From IMG/VR virus record IMGVR_UViG_3300043444_000523, positions 1 through 64,000 of that record: a stretch of DNA of 64,000 bases. One strand, given 5' to 3'. This document shows, in pieces, positions 57,685-64,000 of the stretch. Made by a program: the position numbers and the translations under genes. This DNA comes from a virus. The notes below the pieces were generated by a model. It was not told where the DNA came from. It did not search any database and was given only the letters and a program-made list of their open reading frames with translations. Every line of letters begins with the position of its first letter. Within the stretch, counting starts at the first letter, position 1.

Positions 57685-57780
57685 ATGAACAGCAAAGCCA
57701 AATTTTGGTTTGTGTTCGCTATTGTGTCTTCATGCTTTTGTGCGTTCTTATTCTCAATCTACTCATGGAAAGTCTGGTAG
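57685..57780 (+). CDS. 31-aa single-TM protein, target gene of the IS insertion
   Basis: MNSKAKFWFVFAIVSSCFCAFLFSIYSWKVW; its original AAAGGAG RBS is left at 56055-56061. Confidence 0.55.
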   Translation: MNSKAKFWFVFAIVSSCFCAFLFSIYSWKVW

Positions 57781-57795
57781 TGGCTCAACATGGTG

Positions 57796-57823
57796 TTGAC
57801 AACCTGGACGACCCTGATAGAGT
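57796..57823 (+). promoter_or_regulatory. Promoter TTGACA-16-(TGn)TAGAGT for a leaderless tnpB
   Basis: GTG start 7 nt after the -10 box; no SD. Confidence 0.6.
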
Positions 57824-57830
57824 TATCCTT

Positions 57831-59006
57831 GTGCTGAAAACGATTACCTATCGTCTGTACCCGTCGCGGGAGCAGGAATCTTTCCTGTTCTACTTCCTCT
57901 ACATTGGCCGCAAGATTTACAACGACGCACTTGCCGAGCGCGTCCGGTTCTACAAAGACACTGGCAAAAGCCTGACTAAATTCACGCAACAGATGGACCT
58001 GACGATACGCAGGTCAATTAGCCCGGTGCTTGCCTCTGTCCCTGTCTGGATTGAGCGAGACTCCCTGTCTAGGATAGACAAGGCATTCGCCAATTTCTTC
58101 CGCAGAGTAAATGAAGGGAGTGCCAAGCCTGGGTTCCCGCGATTCAAGTCAGCCAATCGCTGGAACAGTTTCTCAATGCCTATCCAAGGCAGTGGCAAGA
58201 AACTGGTGCAAGGAAATAGAATCCGCGTGGCCGGGATTGAAGGAACAATGCCAAGCCGTGGCGGGCAACAAATACTTGGAAAGATCATTGTCCAGAGAAT
58301 TGTTCATCGAGCAGGCAAGTGGTTCTGCAAGTTCGTAGTTGATGACAAACTCGACCCACCGCCTATTCATCCTGTAAAGTCGGCTATCGGCGTCGATGTT
58401 GGTCTGAAATCGTTTGCAACGCTTAGCAACGGTTCAACGATTGAGAATCCACGATTCTATCGGGGACTGGAACTCAAGCGTGCCCATCGCAACGTGTCTC
58501 GTAAAATCAAAGGCAGTCGGAACCGATGGAGAGCCGTTCGTCGTCTTCAATCGGTTTATGAGAAAGTCAGAAACTTACGCCACAATTTTACGCATCACGA
58601 GAGCAAGAGGATTGTCAATGACCACCAACTGATTGTTGTCGAAAAACTGAACATAGCTGGCATGGCCAGAAGCCGATTTGCCAAAAGTATCTTGGACGCT
58701 GCATGGGGTCGGTTCATATTTCAATTGCGTTACAAAGCTGAAAACGCTGGTTGCGCATTCGTTGAAGTTGACCCCCGTGGCACAAGCCAAGATTGCAGCA
58801 AGTGCGGCCAGACCGTGCCAAAGAAGTTGTCGGATCGTGTCCATAAATGCTCTTGCGGTCTCGTGCTAGACCGCGACCATAATGCGGCGTTGAACATCCT
58901 TCAGCGTGCCGTTCGATCAGCACCCGGCCCCGGTAGGTGGATCGGTAAAGCGTGTGGAGAGGCTACGAAGACTCGGCGAAACACGAAGGCTTCAACACCA
59001 TGTTGA
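57831..59006 (+). CDS. tnpB: Stand-alone TnpB (IS1341/IS607-like)
   Basis: YRLYP, GFPRFKS, IGVDVGLK, IVVEKLNI, TSQDCSKCG, DRDHNAALNI. The 5' part of ORF 56193..59006 is only antisense to the IS. Confidence 0.9.
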   Translation: MLKTITYRLYPSREQESFLFYFLYIGRKIYNDALAERVRFYKDTGKSLTKFTQQMDLTIRRSISPVLASVPVWIERDSLSRIDKAFANFFRRVNEGSAKPGFPRFKSANRWNSFSMPIQGSGKKLVQGNRIRVAGIEGTMPSRGGQQILGKIIVQRIVHRAGKWFCKFVVDDKLDPPPIHPVKSAIGVDVGLKSFATLSNGSTIENPRFYRGLELKRAHRNVSRKIKGSRNRWRAVRRLQSVYEKVRNLRHNFTHHESKRIVNDHQLIVVEKLNIAGMARSRFAKSILDAAWGRFIFQLRYKAENAGCAFVEVDPRGTSQDCSKCGQTVPKKLSDRVHKCSCGLVLDRDHNAALNILQRAVRSAPGPGRWIGKACGEATKTRRNTKASTPC

Positions 59007-59096
59007 GCCACTACCGAAGTGTTCTACAATAGGCGTCATTCGCATGTACGAGCGATAGGCAAGCCGAAATGCTTGAGAAGAAGAAAGGAAACAACA

Positions 59097-59711
59097 ATGG
59101 TTCGTAAAATTGGAAGAATCCAGTTCCCGGTTTTTTCTGGAATCCGCTGTTTGATGCTCCCTTATATTCAAGGAGATTCAAAAAGCGTCCCGCATGAGTA
59201 TGGTCATGGATACGAATCAATACTCGACGACCTTTATGTCAGGAAAGGGGACATCGGGTTTTTGACAATTGACGAATCAATTGCTCATTCTGGATCGCCG
59301 CATCGCGGAGCGAGAGCCAAGCATGGACGGGCATTGCATACAGAGGCAGGTCGTCATCCAGACATGGTGTACGCCTGGGGTGGCGGGAATTGGGGCGGCT
59401 CCAATAGAACAACGCTGAGCAGAGATGTTAAGGTTCTCATTTCAAACAGCATCGACAAGACTTGCGCTGTTTGGGATGCAGAGCATGAAAACACTACCAT
59501 TGACGGGGACATTGGGTATTTGAGTGATCGTTATCCTTACGATTCTGCGATGTTCATGATGGCCGGTGAAGTGTACGAGATCGGAATCCTGACTCCACAC
59601 GAAAGCCTTCCAGTCAACCAAGACACAAGGCGGCAGTTTATTCGCATTGTGTCGTCTGGGGTGAATGGAAGAGAGCCGTATTTTACCAAGAACAGGCTTC
59701 TTGATTACTAG
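59097..59711 (+). CDS. Putative 2OG-Fe(II) dioxygenase-like protein
   Basis: LHTE...PHESLP...RQFIR pattern; AAAGGA RBS. Confidence 0.5.
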   Translation: MVRKIGRIQFPVFSGIRCLMLPYIQGDSKSVPHEYGHGYESILDDLYVRKGDIGFLTIDESIAHSGSPHRGARAKHGRALHTEAGRHPDMVYAWGGGNWGGSNRTTLSRDVKVLISNSIDKTCAVWDAEHENTTIDGDIGYLSDRYPYDSAMFMMAGEVYEIGILTPHESLPVNQDTRRQFIRIVSSGVNGREPYFTKNRLLDY

Positions 59712-59720
59712 GTTGCCAAA

Positions 59721-59958
59721 GAAATAGGCGCAACTCGCGCCTATTTCCGCCTCCCCCACAGGCTGACCTTCTTTTCGTCTCTTCGGGGCGGCTCGTCTGG
59801 TATACTTGCAGGCGAGCCCCTCTGTCCCCTGCCTCCGATGCCGATCCGTGCGCCCATCGTCTGGTCTGTTCGTGATGCTCCGGTTTCTATGCCAGCTAGT
59901 GAAGCAACTCCGAAGTCGGCATGGAAGTGGGCCAGATTGAATGCGTCCATGCCGTCTG
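59721..59958 (-). pseudogene. Inverted copy of the terL 3' end (last 71 codons + stop + palindrome copy 11 at 59723-59745)
   Basis: Aligns without gaps to 62939-63176 with about 25 mismatches. Confidence 0.9.
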
Positions 59959-60027
59959 ACAAGCGAAAGAAACAGCACAAGTTCAAGTGCAGACGATGCC
60001 ACAAAAAGGCGTTCCTAGAAGAGCCAA

Positions 60028-60564
60028 CTACTTCGGCCGAGGCTTACTGGCCGCAATCTCAGCCTTGACATTCTTATGGCGCTCTTCCAAGGCTTTGTGC
60101 TCTGGAGAGTCGTATCGGTGCATCTGCTTCTGCAGCTTCAACCAACGGCACTCTTTGTCAGGGCTTGCAAAATCTGGGAAACTCAAGCCGTCCCACTTTT
60201 CTCCCTGTTCGGCCCTGTTGACAACCTCATCATCCCAAGTCCTGTATTGCGACTTCAGCTTTTCTTTGTCCCTGGCAATCGTTGTTGCCGGATCATGCAG
60301 CGTAGAAACAACGTAGTATGTCACGATCTTCGTGAGGCCGCCTGAACGCTTCTCGGCAACGAACACGCCGCCAGTCGGCTTGTGATACCTGTGCTCGATG
60401 TCGCTTCGGTTGTTCTTCTGAGACGGGACCATGTTCTTGTCAAGTTTTGACGACTCAAGATATGCCGAGATGATTTCTTTGGCGTCTTCGTTTACAAAAG
60501 ACGCGGCCCTCTCGACCCATCGATCATACGCATGGTTGCTTACACTGATTTTTGAACGGTCCAC
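60028..60564 (-). CDS. Hypothetical protein with a possible RelE/BECR-like RNase-fold N-terminus
   Basis: VSNHAYDRWVER...FV......IVTY. Confidence 0.4.
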   Translation of the reverse strand: MDRSKISVSNHAYDRWVERAASFVNEDAKEIISAYLESSKLDKNMVPSQKNNRSDIEHRYHKPTGGVFVAEKRSGGLTKIVTYYVVSTLHDPATTIARDKEKLKSQYRTWDDEVVNRAEQGEKWDGLSFPDFASPDKECRWLKLQKQMHRYDSPEHKALEERHKNVKAEIAASKPRPK

Positions 60565-60610
60565 AACATCCCCTTAAAAAGAATCGCCCCTGCAAGCAGG
60601 GGCATAAAGG

Positions 60611-60946
60611 TCACACCAGTTCCAGAATCCTTCGCGCCTGTTCACGCCCCATCTCGTTGACCGCACTCTTCATGGCCGCAACGTGACCGGCGTAGTCGAT
60701 TGGCCTCGGCGGATCAATTGGCCCGGTGGTATACGAAGTCACAAGGCGGAACGACTTCTTGGCTCCGTCTTGTTTTGGCTTCCCATTCTTGATGATCGAC
60801 TTGTACGTTGACACCTGAGCCAACGTGGCCTCGACACCGCTCTTGGAGCAGTATTCGACGATCTTCTGATTGTCCGTGATGCCGTCCTTGATCGCTTGCC
60901 GAACCATCCCCATCCGAGACGGCTTCTTCTCTTTTGCCTTTGACAT
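60611..60946 (-). CDS. Hypothetical basic protein, possibly DNA-binding
   Basis: GAGG RBS; QVSTYKS helix. Confidence 0.55.
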   Translation of the reverse strand: MSKAKEKKPSRMGMVRQAIKDGITDNQKIVEYCSKSGVEATLAQVSTYKSIIKNGKPKQDGAKKSFRLVTSYTTGPIDPPRPIDYAGHVAAMKSAVNEMGREQARRILELV

Positions 60947-61022
60947 GCATACCTCTTGTTAGAAACGGGACCAAACACCATTATCATGATACTGGATGTG
61001 ACACGCCGCGTCTATAACTCAA

Positions 61023-61280
61023 CCGGGTAGCCCAACGGAAGAGGCAGCGTCGGCCTATCAGACTATCACAGGAGACTTGTAACGTCGTGCCAAGGTCATG
61101 ATCGTTTGTCGGCCTTAATGCCCTGAGATGCAGGTTCGATTCCAGCTCCCCCAGCTTATCCACAACCCTACTGGGGGATCGTCTAACGGAAAGACATCAG
61201 GCTTAACGATTGAGGGCCACAAGTGGATAAGAGCATGACCAACCTGAAAAGGCGCATCCCATCTTGAGTGATGGACTCGG
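61023..61280 (+). ncRNA. Structured ncRNA with a circularly permuted tRNA-like core (Y RNA/YrlA-like topology)
   Basis: T-arm (61130-61146) precedes a loop-closed acceptor stem (61147-61154/61171-61178), then the D-arm (61181-61195); CCTGA/TCAGG close the anticodon-equivalent stem. Confidence 0.75.
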
Positions 61281-61313
61281 ACCCGGCAGACGGCTACTCT
61301 GTCGGGTCTTTTC
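61280..61313 (+). terminator. Intrinsic terminator ending the ncRNA
   Basis: GACCCGGCAGA-7nt-TCTGTCGGGTC followed by TTTT. Confidence 0.75.
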
Positions 61314-61315
61314 TA

Positions 61316-61344
61316 TTGACACATCCAGGCGTCATGCGTAGCCT
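61316..61344 (+). promoter_or_regulatory. Promoter TTGACA-17-TAGCCT giving a leaderless terL mRNA
   Basis: ATG at 61351 begins 7 nt after the -10 box; no SD. Confidence 0.7.
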
Positions 61345-61350
61345 GCTTGC

Positions 61351-63156
61351 ATGTTAAGTGCCTCCGAACTCGCCGAACTTGAAGCCTATCTCCCGCACGC
61401 CAATGAAGATGAACGTCGGAAGATCAACGAGTATCTAGTCTCCATCCGCAAGGTGGAGAACAACTTCCCTTGGGCCGCATACCGATACGATCCAATCGGC
61501 TATGCGTACAACGTCCTTGGCCTCACGTTCCTTTCCGACGATCAGAAGATTGCACTGCGAGCGGCTGTAACGCCTCCGTACCGAGTGCAAATTGACGCCG
61601 GAAACGCTGTTGGCAAAAGCCTAACCTGCGCCGTCTTGGCCTCATGGTTCTACGACTCATATGACCCAGGCTGCGTTTTCACTACGGCCCCGACGCACGA
61701 TCACGTTGTCCGCGTGCTCTGGGCGCAAATACGCTCGCTTAGGTCCAATGCCAAGATGAAGCTACCGATGGACTTCATCGGGCCAGCTGCACCTGAGATG
61801 CGATCATCGGAATATCACTTTGCAAAAGGCCTGACCGCCTCGAAAGGAGAGGCGCTCAAAGGTTCTCACTTGCAGAATATGTGCTTCATATTCGACGAGT
61901 CTGAAGCATTGCCGGTGATGTACTGGGAATCTGTTCGCACGATGTTTAAGCCGCAGCCGGGTATGCTGTGGCTATCCGTGGGCAACCCGACAACCACCAG
62001 CAGCGCTGCATTCCTTGAGTCCACTCGCACGGATGAGAACAAGAAGCCGTTCTGGCGCAACCTGCGCATGAGTGTGCTCAATCACCCAAACATCATAGCT
62101 GGTCTCCAAGGGCTTCCGCCGCCAATCCCAAACGCCGTCGATGTCGGCATGGTGGATGACTGGGTGCGACGACTATGCACGCCTCTCGATGAAAAAGAAG
62201 AAAAAAAAGCCACTGACTTCCAGTGGCGAGGAAGATGGTATCGGCCAAGCGGTGAAGCCGAGACGGTCATTCTCGGCTGTCGCCCGTCAACAGGAGCATC
62301 CGGCGTTTGGTCAGACTCGCTCTGGGAAGCCTGTTGCCATCTCGATTTGCCGTTCCCAATCGATCAACCACCCGAACTTGGCTGTGACGTGGCCAGAGTC
62401 CTTGGTGGCGATGATTGCGACATTCACGCACAATGGGGCGGCAACTCTCTCGCCCATGACTCTGCCAATGGCCGCTCTATACCAGCTACCATCGCTCGTC
62501 TCAAAGAGATGGCCGAAGAAGTATGCGAGTTTGCCAACGCCAAGAGAAAGGAACTTGTGGCCACTGGCAAATACTCACCCGAAGAACTCTCCAGGGCTCA
62601 AATCCACAAGCCGTGGGTTCCCAAAGAAATACCTGTCAAGATCGACGATTGCGGCATCGGCAACGTCATCACCGACTTTGCAGACGGCTGGAACTTCATC
62701 CCAGTCAACCCAGGCTGGGCTGCAAAGCAAGACCTACGTTATCCCAACGTCCGAAGCGAGCTGTGGTTTGAGACCCAGGAGAAGGCCATACTGTTCGGCC
62801 TCAGCATGAAGCACCTGTCTGAAGATGATCAGCAGATGCTGCGTATCCAATCCTTTGCGCCAAAGTGGGAGTTGGATGCTAGACGCCGACGAGTTGTTGA
62901 GAGCAAAGAGGACACAAAGAAACGACTTGGCCGCTCGCCAGACGGCATGGACGCATTCAATCTTGCCCACTTCCATGCCAACTTTGGCGTGGCCTCATTG
63001 GCAGGCATCGAAACCGGAGTATCACGAACAGACCAGACGATGGGCGCACGAATCGGCATCGGCGGCAGGGGACAGAGGGGCTCGCCTGCGAGTGTTCCAG
63101 ACGAGCCGCCTAGAAGAGACGAGAACAAAGTTACTCTGTGGGGGAGGCGGAAATAG
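61351..63156 (+). CDS. terL: Terminase large subunit
   Basis: Walker A AGNAVGKS, TAPT, Walker B FIFDESE, GNP, nuclease LGCDVAR...D and RLGRSPDGMDA. Confidence 0.92.
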   Translation: MLSASELAELEAYLPHANEDERRKINEYLVSIRKVENNFPWAAYRYDPIGYAYNVLGLTFLSDDQKIALRAAVTPPYRVQIDAGNAVGKSLTCAVLASWFYDSYDPGCVFTTAPTHDHVVRVLWAQIRSLRSNAKMKLPMDFIGPAAPEMRSSEYHFAKGLTASKGEALKGSHLQNMCFIFDESEALPVMYWESVRTMFKPQPGMLWLSVGNPTTTSSAAFLESTRTDENKKPFWRNLRMSVLNHPNIIAGLQGLPPPIPNAVDVGMVDDWVRRLCTPLDEKEEKKATDFQWRGRWYRPSGEAETVILGCRPSTGASGVWSDSLWEACCHLDLPFPIDQPPELGCDVARVLGGDDCDIHAQWGGNSLAHDSANGRSIPATIARLKEMAEEVCEFANAKRKELVATGKYSPEELSRAQIHKPWVPKEIPVKIDDCGIGNVITDFADGWNFIPVNPGWAAKQDLRYPNVRSELWFETQEKAILFGLSMKHLSEDDQQMLRIQSFAPKWELDARRRRVVESKEDTKKRLGRSPDGMDAFNLAHFHANFGVASLAGIETGVSRTDQTMGARIGIGGRGQRGSPASVPDEPPRRDENKVTLWGRRK

Positions 63157-63805
63157 GCGCGAGTTGCGCCGATTTCTTCTTATCAAGCATCTCAGTCAAA
63201 TGCTTCCGAATGGCCGAATTTTGGTCATCGCATTGCTTATTGTAATCGAACAAGTCTTCGGGACTGTTGAAGAACATCCTGCCTACCAGTCGTTGGTCTT
63301 CTACGCGGAATCTGTCGTCTTTGTCAATGAAGCAGAACTCTTTCTCTGATGAAGCCACCAGCCTGAACTGGTTCCCATCGCTATCAAACACCGTCATGTT
63401 CACGCCAAACACGCAACCAGGATGCTCAGGGTCAGGAAACTTTTCACGAGCGTCTCGAATGTCTTTTGCCGACAGGCAGACCTCGGTATTGTGATAAACA
63501 AGCACAATCGTCTTCAGTTTGCCCCAGTCCAAGACGGCCTTGTACCGTATCGATTCATAGTCTTCGCCGAAGCCCGTGTACGTAAAGCCATAAGCGGCCC
63601 CGACGCAGTTGTCGTCATAGAAGACAATCTCGCCGGAGAACGGAACCTGATCGCCGTCAAGCGACAGGCCACGCTCCATTTCAATCCAATATGTCTCAAG
63701 ATGGCAACCAAGGCTCTTCGTCTGGTACTGATGGCGCGCATCCTTGATGAAGTTCGCCTTCTTCGGCAGCGGCGCAGTGCAGATGATCGTGTCATACATT
63801 CCCAT
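63131..63805 (-). CDS. Conserved phage hypothetical protein (MGMYD...QTKSL family)
   Basis: GGAGG RBS; MGMYDTIIC..PLP, YQTKSL, F.GEI.FY motifs. Confidence 0.65.
   Translation of the reverse strand: MGMYDTIICTAPLPKKANFIKDARHQYQTKSLGCHLETYWIEMERGLSLDGDQVPFSGEIVFYDDNCVGAAYGFTYTGFGEDYESIRYKAVLDWGKLKTIVLVYHNTEVCLSAKDIRDAREKFPDPEHPGCVFGVNMTVFDSDGNQFRLVASSEKEFCFIDKDDRFRVEDQRLVGRMFFNSPEDLFDYNKQCDDQNSAIRKHLTEMLDKKKSAQLAPISASPTE
63152..63174. promoter_or_regulatory. 23-bp palindromic site, copy 12
   Basis: AATAGGCGCGAGTTGCGCCGATT; supplies the terL stop and encodes SAQLAPI on the opposite strand. Confidence 0.78.
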
Positions 63806-64000
63806 TCTTGGCCTCCTGTTCTTCAATCAAAGCCACAGCTTTCTTCAGGCAGTCAAGGCAAATGTCTGGTATTGTGTTGGTGGGGTCCATTGCTTCGCCA
63901 ATTTCGACTGCGTACAACGGCGTGCATCCGCACTCATCGCATAAAACCTCAGTCCATGCTTTGTTCCCGATAACACAGTCAATCGCATCGGGATCAAGAT

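Larger units (their letters stand above)
57776..59015. repeat. Perfect 24-bp inverted repeat (57776-57799 / 58992-59015) bracketing the second tnpB
   Basis: GGTAGTGGCTCAACATGGTGTTGA versus TCAACACCATGTTGAGCCACTACC. Confidence 0.95.

Noticed and set aside
56193-57830. 937-aa ORF as a giant TnpB fusion
   Set aside because: The first ~546 codons are the antisense shadow of the IS200/IS605 element; the real tnpB starts at 57831 behind its own promoter.
61120-61205. Two-piece (permuted) tmRNA or a normal tRNA gene
   Set aside because: No G3.U70 pair, no CCA, a full D-stem is present and no tag ORF was found; no 7-nt anticodon loop can be formed in gene order.
61156-61231. TTATCCACA and its near-inverse as DnaA boxes of an origin
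   Set aside because: Only two boxes, embedded in loops of an RNA fold, with no AT-rich unwinding element; kept only as a weak alternative to loop-loop pairing.
59721-63176. terL duplicate as a DGR template/variable repeat pair
   Set aside because: Mismatches are not adenine-specific and are mostly synonymous third positions; no reverse transcriptase is present in the window.

Overview
64 kb of a tailed dsDNA phage or prophage genome. The host is most likely a planctomycete, inferred from a TIGR02996-type protein, a planctomycete-style RimI and signal-peptide/CxxC proteins. Layout: 1-21 kb (+) holds recombination/replication genes (YqaJ exonuclease, ParB-like protein, SF2 helicase), many small accessory genes, three tandem-repeat proteins and a possible lysis block with a papain-like peptidase. 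21-52.5 kb (-) is a morphogenesis operon with Mu-like head genes: a 1479-aa portal, a ~1473-aa prohead protease, scaffold, major capsid, head-tail genes, tail tube, G/GT chaperones with a -1 frameshift, a short tape measure, fibres and an initiator-like tRNA-Met. 53-64 kb holds a DNA methyltransferase, a complete IS200/IS605 element, a second stand-alone tnpB, a structured RNA and the terminase large subunit. Most striking observations: (1) a circularly permuted tRNA-like RNA (Y RNA/YrlA topology) with a 9-bp loop-loop complementarity, directly upstream of terL; (2) a tnpB whose presumptive guide region matches its own promoter perfectly over 24 bp; (3) portal and protease built as apparent Tyr-punctuated polyproteins sharing a repeated RAPxGG motif, Gly-zipper peptides and a zincin domain; (4) twelve copies of a 23-bp palindrome, recoded where they fall in genes, one inside the ParB-like gene; (5) an inverted, synonymously diverged copy of the terL 3' end; (6) a CCCTATAA-N5-ATG leaderless late-promoter motif; (7) several genes broken by single lesions. 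All family calls come from motif recognition by eye; no database searches were run.
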